From Promethearchaeota archaeon (GTDB taxonomy: Archaea > Asgardarchaeota > Lokiarchaeia > Sigyniarchaeales > SOKP01), in assembly GCA_048939995.1 (NCBI GenBank), contig JBHLOY010000006.1, positions 96,001-160,000 of the forward strand: a stretch of 64,000 bases of DNA, written 5' to 3'. How positions within the stretch are numbered: position 1 is the first letter of the stretch; each line of letters starts with the position of its first letter. The notes under the pieces were generated by a model. The model searched no databases and was not told the DNA's origin. It saw only the letters and a list, made by a program, of their open reading frames with translations. Both the position numbers and the translations under genes were made by a program. Of this stretch, positions 46,812 to 57,141 are shown one piece after another.

Positions 46812-49800
46812 ATGAAAAATAAGAAAATAATCTTTTTAATCATTGTTTTATTATCTGTATCTTTTACATTGGTTTTTATGATAAATTATATCAATCAACC
46901 ATATGTTGAAGAATTTTTACCTCAAGAAATGACCCTGGATGTTGAAAATCCAGTTTCTTCAGCCCCTATAACTCCAAAGAATGCTTTTGCTATTGTAGTA
47001 GGTATATCAGATTATCCTGGGTCGACTTCAGATTTGTCTTATTGTGATGATGATGCCCAAGATGTTTATCAGATGTTAATTAATGATTTTAATTTCAAAC
47101 CTGAAAATGTTATTTATCTTCAAGATTCAAGCGCTTCAAAAGGAGCTATAGATAGCGCATTTAATCAAATCGCCTCCCAAATTAGTAGTGAAGATATCTT
47201 TTTCTTTTATTATTCAGGGCATGGAGGTGCTCAAACCCAAAGTACTGGTGTCATAAGTTATTCTGTCGATTCTCCTCACCCTTATTCAAACTACTATGAC
47301 AATATGTGGAGTATTTATCATTCTAACGCAGCTTACATGAGAGTTCATTTTGATCATTTTGAAACTGAATATAATTATGATTATGTATATTTAGGCGATA
47401 CTGATTTAGGTTCTGGATGGTATTATGAAGGATATTCTGGTTATAGTTCCGGATTTTGGTCTGGTTGGATTCCAATCTTGAGTGACTATAGACTTTATAT
47501 TAGACTTGTTACTGATAGCTCAATTACTGATTGGGGATTCAGTATAGATAGTTATGAAGCACGTACGTATGATGGCACTCATTTTTTATGTTCATATGAT
47601 TCTATACCTAGTACTCCTACTAATTATTACTTAGATTCTCTGCTTGATTCAAAACTAGATCAAATAAATTGTGATGAAAGATATATCATTTTAGATGCAT
47701 GTAATACGGGAGGTATGATTCCTGAAGTACAACAAGTAGGTAGATTTATAATGACTGCATGTGATGATGAAGAGTCAAGTTTAGAATCGCCCTCATTAGA
47801 ACATGGAGTTTTCACTAATTTTTTTCTTGAATCTTTTGATTCTGCTAGTGATTCTAATGCGGATGGTGTTATTTCAATGGAAGAAAGTTTCTCATATACT
47901 TCTTCAAGCACCATAAGTTATTCAAGTGGCATGGGTTATACTCATCACCCACAACAATACGATGGTATAAGTGGAGAGTCCGTACTTTTTACTACTTTTG
48001 GAGCTTTAAGCTTAATTCCAACTGGAAATTCCTTATCCTATTCTTTTAATCTCTATGGAACAGGATTAATTGAATCACTCAGAATAGCAGCTTATAATAA
48101 TTCAAATCCTATGGCATACACTGTAGAAGATCTAACAGAAAATCCTGTTTCAGAAACCGGATTTGGATACTATTCTGGTATTTTAGAAGTAAATGGGGTA
48201 ACCGGAATTACTGATTATGGTATTTTTGCCCGCGTAAATGGAAATGAAGTCCTTTTCTTGAATTTAACTATCTCAAATGATATAGATTCGGATTCTATTG
48301 ATGATATCACCGAAATTATGTTTGGAATGAACATATCTAATACAGATAGTGATTCAGATGGTTTAGATGATTATACTGAGTTCTATGGAATAACAAATCC
48401 TACATCTAATGATACTGATAATGATGGGATGGATGATTTTTTTGAATTACATTATAATTTAGATCCAATAAATGATGATTCTAATGAAGATGAGGATAAT
48501 GATGGCTTAAACAACTTACTTGAATATCAACTCGGCTCTTTTGTAAATGATACTGACACTGATGATGATCTGATGCTTGATGGTTGGGAATATATACATA
48601 ATTTAAATTTATTAGTTGATGATACTTCCTTTGACCCCGATTTGGATGGTATTCCTAATATCCATGAATTTGGAAACAATACTGACCCTCAAAGTCCTGA
48701 TACAGATTCGGATACTATCGATGATGGTGATGAGATTTTAGTATATTTTACTAATCCATGTGACAATGATACAGATGAAGATGGTTTAACAGATGATTTC
48801 GAATTGTTCGTTTACTTTACCAATGCTACTGATGAGGATTCTGAAGGTGATGGCATGGATGATTATTATGAATTCATATATGGTTTTGATCCTCTTAATA
48901 ATGATTCAGGATATGATCCAGATGAAGATGGACTTTCTAATCTTTTAGAAAGTCAATATTACACCAATCCTTTAAATCCCGATTCAGATGGAGATTTTAT
49001 GAATGATCACTACGAAATTCAATGTAACTTAAATCCCTTAGTAGATGATGCAAATGCTGATGAAGATAATGATGGACTTTCAAATTTATTAGAATTTCTT
49101 CTAGGTTCAAATGCGAATGATGTTGACTCGGATAATGATCACATGCCAGATTATTGGGAATACAATAATTGTTTAAATTTAACGAATAGTGACGGTCTTT
49201 TTGATAATGATGATGATGGATTAAATAATGTAAATGAATATAACCTTGGAACAAATCCACAAAACCCAGATACTGATTATGATGGTTTAATGGATGGAAA
49301 TGAGGTTCAAATTTATTTTACTAATCCATTTAATCCTGATACAGATGGAGATGGATATTATGATGGTATTGAAGTATTATGGGGTACTAATCCTTTAGAT
49401 CCTAGAACTTCTCTAACTACTATTTTCTTAAATATTGCAGGAGGAGTATTATTAATCGGTTCTGTCTATTACGTTGTACGCACTCAAGTATATGCTAAGA
49501 AGCATAAGGAAAAAATCCCAAAAGGCAAATTTTATGTTGACAAAAAAATAGAAGGTTACAATGCGTTATCTATTAAAAAAGAAATAAAACCAAAGCCTGT
49601 TTATAAACCTAGAACATATACACCAACTTATGGTAGGCCTTACATCCCGCCAACTGGCAGAGTTACTCCCCCAGATCTAAAAGAAGTAAGAAATTTAATC
49701 ATTTATGGTTTACCAACTCCAAAACCTAGTTATTCATTAGAAGGTCAAAGAGCATTGAATATAGCAAATCATGCTTTTAAATTATTCAATCAAGGACAGT

Positions 49801-50132
49801 ATCAAGCTTCAATTCAAAGCATGCTACATGCATTAATGTTAGGAGTACCTGAACCAATGAATAGCCATTTAAAGAAGATTATTCTAGATTCATTGGATAG
49901 AGTTATTGGTTCAGAAAAAATAACACAACCAGCAATTCCTTCATCTTCAGTGAGTTCTACTCCAACTGTAAAGTGTTCAATATGCGGGACTTTAAATAAA
50001 GATATAAACAAATTCTGTAAGAATTGTGGAAAGCCACTAGAAAGGGTTCCTCTGACAAAAAACTGTGGATTTTGTGGGGCATCAAATGGAATCTCTAATA
50101 AATTTTGCACTAAATGTGGGAGGGAGTTATAA
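46812..50132 (+). CDS. Membrane-anchored caspase-like (C14) protease with CUB-like insert, Asp-rich Ca-binding repeats and C-terminal zinc ribbons
   Basis: AIVVGISDY...LSYCDDDA, His in YYSGHGG, Cys in ILDACNTG, HGVFT; many DxDxDGLxD repeats; second TM; CSICG/CKNCG/CGFCG/CTKCG. Confidence 0.85.
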   Translation: MKNKKIIFLIIVLLSVSFTLVFMINYINQPYVEEFLPQEMTLDVENPVSSAPITPKNAFAIVVGISDYPGSTSDLSYCDDDAQDVYQMLINDFNFKPENVIYLQDSSASKGAIDSAFNQIASQISSEDIFFFYYSGHGGAQTQSTGVISYSVDSPHPYSNYYDNMWSIYHSNAAYMRVHFDHFETEYNYDYVYLGDTDLGSGWYYEGYSGYSSGFWSGWIPILSDYRLYIRLVTDSSITDWGFSIDSYEARTYDGTHFLCSYDSIPSTPTNYYLDSLLDSKLDQINCDERYIILDACNTGGMIPEVQQVGRFIMTACDDEESSLESPSLEHGVFTNFFLESFDSASDSNADGVISMEESFSYTSSSTISYSSGMGYTHHPQQYDGISGESVLFTTFGALSLIPTGNSLSYSFNLYGTGLIESLRIAAYNNSNPMAYTVEDLTENPVSETGFGYYSGILEVNGVTGITDYGIFARVNGNEVLFLNLTISNDIDSDSIDDITEIMFGMNISNTDSDSDGLDDYTEFYGITNPTSNDTDNDGMDDFFELHYNLDPINDDSNEDEDNDGLNNLLEYQLGSFVNDTDTDDDLMLDGWEYIHNLNLLVDDTSFDPDLDGIPNIHEFGNNTDPQSPDTDSDTIDDGDEILVYFTNPCDNDTDEDGLTDDFELFVYFTNATDEDSEGDGMDDYYEFIYGFDPLNNDSGYDPDEDGLSNLLESQYYTNPLNPDSDGDFMNDHYEIQCNLNPLVDDANADEDNDGLSNLLEFLLGSNANDVDSDNDHMPDYWEYNNCLNLTNSDGLFDNDDDGLNNVNEYNLGTNPQNPDTDYDGLMDGNEVQIYFTNPFNPDTDGDGYYDGIEVLWGTNPLDPRTSLTTIFLNIAGGVLLIGSVYYVVRTQVYAKKHKEKIPKGKFYVDKKIEGYNALSIKKEIKPKPVYKPRTYTPTYGRPYIPPTGRVTPPDLKEVRNLIIYGLPTPKPSYSLEGQRALNIANHAFKLFNQGQYQASIQSMLHALMLGVPEPMNSHLKKIILDSLDRVIGSEKITQPAIPSSSVSSTPTVKCSICGTLNKDINKFCKNCGKPLERVPLTKNCGFCGASNGISNKFCTKCGREL
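48280..49410 (+). repeat. Array of bacterial TSP3-like Ca-binding repeats (NP..xDTDxDGLxDxxE)
   Basis: Repeated DSDSDGLDD, DTDNDGMDD and DEDNDGLNN units in the translation. Boundaries are approximate. Confidence 0.85.
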
Positions 50133-50213
50133 ATTAAGGCATCAAATCTTACTAATGAAAACCCAAAGAAAAAAGAAAAATACACCTTAATTCAATTTCA
50201 AGATGTTGATAAA

Positions 50214-50693
50214 TTGATTTTCCCAGCAATTTGTATTGCCTGTGGAAAACATACAACAATCTCTCTAAAACATTACTTATTTGGAAACTACACCCCTTCT
50301 AAGGATTATAAAAATGATTATACAATAGCATTACCAGTTTGTGAAAAATGTAAACAGTATATTGAAATGAAGAAAGGTCTTGCGAGTAAAAGTGGAAAGT
50401 TTTTCTTGTTGTTCTCCTTATTGGGAATCACTTTATCTATTTTACTTTACTATTTCTTAAATGCAATCTACTTTAGTATAGGAGTTCTGGTAATTTCGAT
50501 ATTATTTCCCTATTTAAATCATCATAGAAAGATGAGAGTCAAAATAAAACTTTATGATATTGTGAAAACCAATTTAGATTCAAACACTAATACGATAAAA
50601 TTTTCCTTCATAAATGAAAGTTATGCTCAATATCTTAATGAGTTAAATAGTAAGGAAGAACCAAAGGCTATGATAAATTCAGAAGGAGATTAA
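50214..50693 (+). CDS. Zinc-binding two-TM membrane protein
   Basis: FPAICIACG...LPVCEKC followed by two hydrophobic helices. Confidence 0.6.
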   Translation: MIFPAICIACGKHTTISLKHYLFGNYTPSKDYKNDYTIALPVCEKCKQYIEMKKGLASKSGKFFLLFSLLGITLSILLYYFLNAIYFSIGVLVISILFPYLNHHRKMRVKIKLYDIVKTNLDSNTNTIKFSFINESYAQYLNELNSKEEPKAMINSEGD

Positions 50694-50712
50694 ATAGGAG
50701 ATAGATGTAAAA

Positions 50713-53700
50713 ATGAAAATTGAAAATAGGTTAATATCATTATTTTTGACTTTAATACTCCTTATCTCATTATATGTAAATGTATATAATTTCTCTTATA
50801 ACAAAACCCTAAAATATGAGAATCAAAAGCATTTTCATTTAAGTAATGGTGATCCAATTAATATAACTACTCCAGAAGATAAGATTTATATAGAACCCAT
50901 GAGTGGATATTATCCTGGGACATATGGATTTGAAAATGACTTAACAGGATATGATCCTGCTGAATGGGATGTATTCGAAGGTGCTGGCTATGTCAATATC
51001 AATGATGAAATGGAAAACCATTTTAAAGTAGTAGAAATTTATGATGGCAGCAATACAAATCATGATGAATTACATAAATCATTTCCAATTCAAAGTTACG
51101 GCACTGTAGAGTTTTGGATAATGTCAGATGATGTTTCGGACACACTTAGTATTAATTTATTAGATGATACTGCAACCAGCGTATGGGGGTCTTGTATTGG
51201 TTGGATTCAGTTCTATTCAGACATTATTAGGTATCAAGATGATATGGGAACACATGATACTTCTAAAACCGTATATGATAATACCTGGTATCATATAAAA
51301 GTTGAGTTTGAATGCTCTACGGGAAATTATCATGGATTAGTTCAAGACTCTTGGAGATTCTATGTTGATGGTGAATTATTTGGTGATTTCAACTTTCAAA
51401 ATAACATTGATAATGTTTCTCAAATTTATTTTTTTACACGGGGTTCTGATATAAATTATAAATATTATATTGATGCAGTAGGATTCTCCTGGGATCTAAA
51501 TTATCAAATAGGGGATAATCGATATGAAGGATTATTGTTGAGTTTTAATACCGCTTTTAATCCCGATTGGTTGGGCTATTCATTAGACGGATTAGCCAAT
51601 AAAACAATATCAGGAAACGTAACAATCCCATTACCCTCTAATGGAACACACAATATTCAGGTATTTGGAAATGATTCATTTAACAATAAATATGAATCAA
51701 CTTTGAGACAGTTCTCAATTGATACAAAGTTTTTAGAGATCATAACCCCTGAAAATAAGACATATTTATCCCCAATGAGTGGCTATTATCCCGCAACATT
51801 AGGATTTGAACATGATTTAGAAGGAGAAAATCCACTTAATTGTATTGTAGAAGAAATAGGAGGGGAGATCAACATTGTCGATAATGTTGATGGTCATAAT
51901 AAGGTTGTAGCGGTTGATGATACTAGTACTAGTGATTTTCCTTACTTTTATAATGCTTTTGATTCTCCGCAAACTTATGGAAGCTATGAATTCTGGGCCA
52001 GAACAACGGATGCAACTGGTTTTCAAGGACTTAGGCTCTACTCTGGAAGCATAATTGATTCCAACGTCCTGGTTGATTTTGTAATATCTAATGAAAATTT
52101 TCGATACTATGATGGAGCATGGCACGATATAACAAATTGTGATGATAATAAATGGTATCATATAGAGATTTCCTTTGAATGCACCACAGGAGGTTATAGA
52201 GAACTAAATCAATATAAATTCAAAGTCTGGATAAATGGGACTGAATATGGACAGTTTAGTATGTGGTATAATAAATCAAGCGCAGATAGAGTTCAATTTA
52301 TGGGAGGAAACCCAGAAGTACAAACTTTATTCATTGATGCCATAGGTTATTCGTGGGATCCAAATTATAACATTGGAGATAACTTGAATGAAGGAATATT
52401 ATTAAGTTTTAATTCAAAATTTACACTAGATTGGTCAGGTTATTCATTAGACGGGCTTTCTAATAGAACTATATTAGGGAACACAACGCTTAATGTACCA
52501 ATGGGAAAACACCAAATTCAAGTATTTGGAAATGACACCTTCGGAACCATGTATCAATCGGATAAAAGATTCTTTATTATATCTATTAATAATGAAAATA
52601 AACCTTCCTTATCTAATGCTAGGGTTACACCTACTTTAGGAAATCAAGGAACTTTATTTAATTTCTCAGTAGTTTATTTCGATCTGGATAACAATCACCC
52701 CACTAACATACATCTTATCATAAATAGCTCTGAAAATGAAATGGTAAAATTATATAGTTCAGATAACAATTATTCAGATGGAGTCATATACCATTGTTTA
52801 ACGTATCTTTTACCTTCCACTTATAATTATACTTATTTTTTCAATTGTAGTGATGGAATATATTACAACTCGACCAGAATATTTAATAATTTAAAAGTTA
52901 TAAGTACAAATCTTAAGAAACCTAGCCTTATTAATCCTCAATTCAACCCTGGAATTGGTGATAATTCTACAAGTTTTAATTTTGTTATCTTATATTACGA
53001 TGAGGATAATAACTTTCCATTACAGGTTAACATCACAGTAAATAATATAACTTACAACATGGTACCAAGTGATCCTTTAGATAAAATAGCAGTAGATGGA
53101 ATTGAATATCGTGTTAATATAACATTAGATTTCGGTTTCTGGAACTTTCAGATAAACTGCTCTGATGGATTATTTACTAATTCAACAGGTTGGATTGAAG
53201 GTCCCGAGGTCTCTCCCCTTTATAATATTGATCCTATAATCTTGTTAACACCAATCTATAACTCTCATTTTACTAGCGGATTTGTGAACTTCAGTTGGAC
53301 TAGCGTTGATCTTTTTATAGGTCCAGTTAATTATTCTGTACAAATTTCAAATAAATCCGATTTTTCAGAAATTATTTTCGAAGAGCATGATATTGTTGAA
53401 ATACCGGGAGTCTCAAGCAAAATCCTTTTTATAAACTTTTCTTCAAACATATATTATTGGAGAATTCGGCCCACATACATGCTTTTCAACGGGACTTGGT
53501 CAGAAATTTCTAGGTTTACCACCATAATTAATTATAACGCTCCTTTATTAATTTCTTCTACATTTTTACCTAGTTCTGGAACACAATATACCATCTTTCA
53601 TTTTACAATTACTTACTTTGATTCTGATAACAATGCCCCCTTTTATGTAAAGATTATCATTAATGGTACCTCTTACTTTATGGAAAAACAGGATCCAAAC

Positions 53701-54000
53701 GATGATGAATATACAGATGGATGTATTTATCAATATTATACGCTTTTAAAGCCATCAGCAAATTCTTATCACTATTCTTTTGAATGTAGTGATGGAAATT
53801 TTTTGAGTGCAACATCAGTTTTCATCGGACCTTTGGTTCAATTTCAAATTCCACAAAATGGAGGTCAAAATGACCTCTCTTTAGAGGTTTTATTAAATTG
53901 GATAATCATATTTAGTTTAGGATTGGGTATTTTAATTCCATTTCTTATTTTAGCTGAGCGTAAAATTAGAAAACAGAAACGATTATTAAAAATAAGATAG
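50713..54000 (+). CDS. Large surface protein: signal peptide, two lectin-like beta-sandwich repeats, three Ig-like repeats, C-terminal TM anchor
   Basis: Duplicated ITPExKxYxxPMSGYYPxTxGFE...WYHI...FEC...IDAxGxSWD unit; triplicated FxFxxxYxDxDNNxP...DG...CSDG unit; TM followed by a basic tail. Confidence 0.75.
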   Translation: MKIENRLISLFLTLILLISLYVNVYNFSYNKTLKYENQKHFHLSNGDPINITTPEDKIYIEPMSGYYPGTYGFENDLTGYDPAEWDVFEGAGYVNINDEMENHFKVVEIYDGSNTNHDELHKSFPIQSYGTVEFWIMSDDVSDTLSINLLDDTATSVWGSCIGWIQFYSDIIRYQDDMGTHDTSKTVYDNTWYHIKVEFECSTGNYHGLVQDSWRFYVDGELFGDFNFQNNIDNVSQIYFFTRGSDINYKYYIDAVGFSWDLNYQIGDNRYEGLLLSFNTAFNPDWLGYSLDGLANKTISGNVTIPLPSNGTHNIQVFGNDSFNNKYESTLRQFSIDTKFLEIITPENKTYLSPMSGYYPATLGFEHDLEGENPLNCIVEEIGGEINIVDNVDGHNKVVAVDDTSTSDFPYFYNAFDSPQTYGSYEFWARTTDATGFQGLRLYSGSIIDSNVLVDFVISNENFRYYDGAWHDITNCDDNKWYHIEISFECTTGGYRELNQYKFKVWINGTEYGQFSMWYNKSSADRVQFMGGNPEVQTLFIDAIGYSWDPNYNIGDNLNEGILLSFNSKFTLDWSGYSLDGLSNRTILGNTTLNVPMGKHQIQVFGNDTFGTMYQSDKRFFIISINNENKPSLSNARVTPTLGNQGTLFNFSVVYFDLDNNHPTNIHLIINSSENEMVKLYSSDNNYSDGVIYHCLTYLLPSTYNYTYFFNCSDGIYYNSTRIFNNLKVISTNLKKPSLINPQFNPGIGDNSTSFNFVILYYDEDNNFPLQVNITVNNITYNMVPSDPLDKIAVDGIEYRVNITLDFGFWNFQINCSDGLFTNSTGWIEGPEVSPLYNIDPIILLTPIYNSHFTSGFVNFSWTSVDLFIGPVNYSVQISNKSDFSEIIFEEHDIVEIPGVSSKILFINFSSNIYYWRIRPTYMLFNGTWSEISRFTTIINYNAPLLISSTFLPSSGTQYTIFHFTITYFDSDNNAPFYVKIIINGTSYFMEKQDPNDDEYTDGCIYQYYTLLKPSANSYHYSFECSDGNFLSATSVFIGPLVQFQIPQNGGQNDLSLEVLLNWIIIFSLGLGILIPFLILAERKIRKQKRLLKIR

Positions 54001-54026
54001 AAAAACTCCTTTTTTTTATCTATTTT

Positions 54027-54515
54027 CTAATATACTTCTTCGTATGGTCCACTAATTAATCCACCAATTAAGCCCCCTAATATTGCTCCAATTAGTGCAC
54101 TAATAATACCTCCAACTGTAGCAATCAATTGAGCTCCTTGAAATAATGCCGCTAAATCCTCACCTGATAACACACTAAGTAACCACCAAATCGCTAGATC
54201 CACTGCAGTGACTAATGAGCTTGCAATTAATCCTCTTTTAACTCCCTTTGAAATAGAACCGCTTAGATATCCTATAAAAATGCATGCTAAAAGTTGTGGA
54301 GCGAAAAAGTTAACTATAGAAGGATTCTCAGTAAAAAAAGAAATAAAATCATGTTCAAAGTTCCAACCAATTAATATGGTTACTATTTTTAAAGCATTTG
54401 ATCCTGCCGTAACTTGAATAATTGGAAGAATACCATCCATATCAAAGAATAAACCTGTAAAAAAGCTAAAGGCTATCCCTACAATGATTCCAATTACCAA
54501 TCGGTATGACACCAT
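54027..54515 (-). CDS. Gly-rich polytopic membrane protein
   Basis: About 4 hydrophobic helices with GxxxG motifs. Confidence 0.65.
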   Translation of the reverse strand: MVSYRLVIGIIVGIAFSFFTGLFFDMDGILPIIQVTAGSNALKIVTILIGWNFEHDFISFFTENPSIVNFFAPQLLACIFIGYLSGSISKGVKRGLIASSLVTAVDLAIWWLLSVLSGEDLAALFQGAQLIATVGGIISALIGAILGGLIGGLISGPYEEVY

Positions 54516-54713
54516 AATTTAAACCATATTTTTGAACTTCTATGTGATTTTTAAAATTTGATATTATTAGAAATTAATTCCGTTTTTTAATTCTTTAGTT
54601 CTAAGGCAAATAGTTGACTTCTTTTAATAAAATATTAAAATTATGCTATTTTATTTAATATATTTGAGATTATTTAATTAACTTATTAATTTACAAACTT
54701 TTAGGGTCACACC

Positions 54714-55526
54714 TTGGCTAAAAAGAAGAAAAAAACTGAAGAGGCTAAAAAAACCGAAGAAAAGGAAAACATAGAAGATTTTGAATTTGAGGAAGATTTC
54801 GTTGAGGATTTCGAAGAAGATCTTGATTTAGTTGAAGAACTCGATTTACTTGACACAGAAAGTATCGAAGAGGAGGCCGCAGCCGCCCAAAAAATAATTG
54901 ATAAGGATGAAGAGCAAAAACAACTCTATTTAAGTTGTGGGATACATATTGGGACAAAATTGCTTTCTGGAGATGCTAGAAGATTTATTTATAGACAGAC
55001 TAATTATGGGCTTTACGTTATCGATTTAACCAAAACAGATGAGCGTTTGAGAATTGCTGCTAAATTCTTAAGTAAATACATCGAAGAGGGGAGCGATCGA
55101 GTAATAGTAACCTCTGTTAGAAGGTATGGTAAAGAGCCCGTTCGAAGATTTTGTGAAGCTTTAGGCTGTAAAGCTATTGTTGATCGATTTATACCTGGAT
55201 CACTTACTAATCCTCAGATCGACGATTATATCAAAGATGCTTCAGTAGTAGTTATTGTTGATCCTCATGCAGATAAAGTCATCCTTCGAGAAGCAAAATT
55301 AGCCCGTATTCCTGTAGTCTCATTATTTGATACAGATGACATCCTTGATGGGATTGATCTGGCAATTCCTGCAAATAATCGGGGTAAAAAAGCATTAGGT
55401 CTAACATTTTGGTTATTAGCAAGACAAATTATGCTGGAACTTGGCAAAATCTCAAGTGAGGATGAATTTCCTTATTCTCTTGAACAATTTACTTCAAAAA
55501 TAGTCCCCGTATATAGACAGGAATAG
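54714..55526 (+). CDS. rps2: 30S ribosomal protein uS2 with long acidic N-terminal extension
   Basis: YLSCGIHIGT, DRFIPGSLTNP, DTD and IPANNRG motifs. Confidence 0.95.
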   Translation: MAKKKKKTEEAKKTEEKENIEDFEFEEDFVEDFEEDLDLVEELDLLDTESIEEEAAAAQKIIDKDEEQKQLYLSCGIHIGTKLLSGDARRFIYRQTNYGLYVIDLTKTDERLRIAAKFLSKYIEEGSDRVIVTSVRRYGKEPVRRFCEALGCKAIVDRFIPGSLTNPQIDDYIKDASVVVIVDPHADKVILREAKLARIPVVSLFDTDDILDGIDLAIPANNRGKKALGLTFWLLARQIMLELGKISSEDEFPYSLEQFTSKIVPVYRQE

Positions 55527-55545
55527 AACCAAATTAAGTTTGAAC

Positions 55546-56325
55546 TTATATAATTCTAGCAAATAGTTCTTTGGCACTTATATATGCCTTGCTTTCATTT
55601 GATAAAAGTAGTAGATTTTCTCCGACTAAATTCATTTTGCTAATTTCTTCATCGTTTGGTAATAATCCTAAAAATCTTACATTGTTTTGGTTTATTTTTT
55701 CTACACGTTCCATTATTAGCCTTTTTAAATCTTTTGGAAATCTATTTCCGATAATTAAAATATTTTCAAAATTTAGTTCCACATCTTTACTTACTTCAAT
55801 GATGCGTTCCATGGTATGAAACCCCATTTTACTAGGATCTGTTACAATAATAAGGTCTGTAACGTCCTGTCCTGTCTTTCGAGAAAAATATTCCAATCCA
55901 GCAGGAGCATCAATAAGAACAATATCGTAATTTTTTGCTAATACATCAATAATACGTTTTAGAGCATTATTAACGCTACAATAACATCCTGAACCTTCAC
56001 TTCGACCCATTTCTAAAATATCAAAATCATCCATCTCAAGTAAGGCATCAAAAACCTCAGATTCAATAATTTGATCCTTTGATACATCAAGTGGAATTTG
56101 TCTTTTTTGTATTTTATCTTTCAATAATGACATTTTACCTCCAACAGTTTCCTTAAAAGTGATTTCTTTTCCAATAATATCACCTATGTTTGCATCAGGA
56201 TCTGCATCGATTAATAATACATTTCTATACTTCTTTGTTTCCAAGATGTATTTAAGCATTAGAATTAGTAGTGTTGATTTCCCCACGCCGCCTTTTCCAC
56301 TAAAGGATATTACTTTTGGGTTCAT
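55546..56325 (-). CDS. cooC: CooC/AcsF-like nickel-insertion ATPase
   Basis: SGKGGVGKST, IDADPDAN, GSGCYC and DAPAGLE motifs. Confidence 0.88.
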   Translation of the reverse strand: MNPKVISFSGKGGVGKSTLLILMLKYILETKKYRNVLLIDADPDANIGDIIGKEITFKETVGGKMSLLKDKIQKRQIPLDVSKDQIIESEVFDALLEMDDFDILEMGRSEGSGCYCSVNNALKRIIDVLAKNYDIVLIDAPAGLEYFSRKTGQDVTDLIIVTDPSKMGFHTMERIIEVSKDVELNFENILIIGNRFPKDLKRLIMERVEKINQNNVRFLGLLPNDEEISKMNLVGENLLLLSNESKAYISAKELFARII

Positions 56326-56451
56326 ATGAGCCTTAACTATCTATTTTTAACTTCTTATGAAAGATAAAGAGAGATGTCATATAAGCTTTGATTTTATTTT
56401 TTATTGAAAAATCATGTTGATAATTTTATAAAAACAAAACTTACATCTATT

Positions 56452-57132
56452 TTACTTAAGGAAATAATCAAGATTTTTATATCGATATCGAAAACTCTTC
56501 TCAATCCCTCTTCTCATACCAGGTAATTCAAAACATTGCATCGGAATCATTTTTTTAAAAAATGGTTGATTCTCTCGTTCTGGAATATACTGGGACTTGT
56601 ATAAAGTCTCAAATATTTCTTTCCCAGAAAATTGAATGTCTTCAAAATAGGGAATTACTGGGCGATTTTTGCTAACTTTCTCCACAACACCTTTTAGAGA
56701 GGACTCAATTTCATCAATTTTTCCACTTTCATTGATAATACTAGTTTTTTTAGCATATTCATTATAAAGGCATATAACACACTTTGGCCATCTTTCATGA
56801 AAATATTGTAAAACGAGATCGATTACATTGTGTTTCAAAAAAACAACCCCGTACAAAACACCACGATTATTTATTTCTGTTCGTGTAAATTGCTTCGCTC
56901 TATAAGCTTCTTTAAATACTTCTCGCATCATTTGGTTAATTTTCCTTGCTTCGGGTATTCCAAGATTTCGTAAAACAACATTAGGTATTCTTTTGATTTG
57001 ATAAATTAAATTTGGAGTAAAAAACGCATGTCTTTTAAGGTTTTTGATTAATTCTTCGCGAGAATACCCTTTAGCACATCCTATTACCTCTAATGGGTCT
57101 TTTTGATAATTTTTTCCTTTCATTTTTTCCAC
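56452..57132 (-). CDS. DUF4130-like protein (partner of the DNA-modification radical SAM enzyme)
   Basis: VFKEAYRAKQFTRT, HNVIDLVLQYFHERWP and LYKSQYIPEREN...KKMIP patterns; directly downstream of the radical SAM gene. Confidence 0.75.
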   Translation of the reverse strand: MEKMKGKNYQKDPLEVIGCAKGYSREELIKNLKRHAFFTPNLIYQIKRIPNVVLRNLGIPEARKINQMMREVFKEAYRAKQFTRTEINNRGVLYGVVFLKHNVIDLVLQYFHERWPKCVICLYNEYAKKTSIINESGKIDEIESSLKGVVEKVSKNRPVIPYFEDIQFSGKEIFETLYKSQYIPERENQPFFKKMIPMQCFELPGMRRGIEKSFRYRYKNLDYFLK

Positions 57133-57141
57133 ATCGAATAT

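Noticed and set aside
48280-49410. Repetitive GAT-rich DNA as a possible CRISPR array or satellite
   Set aside because: The repeats are degenerate, in frame and encode Asp-rich Ca-binding motifs. There is no repeat-spacer structure and no cas genes.
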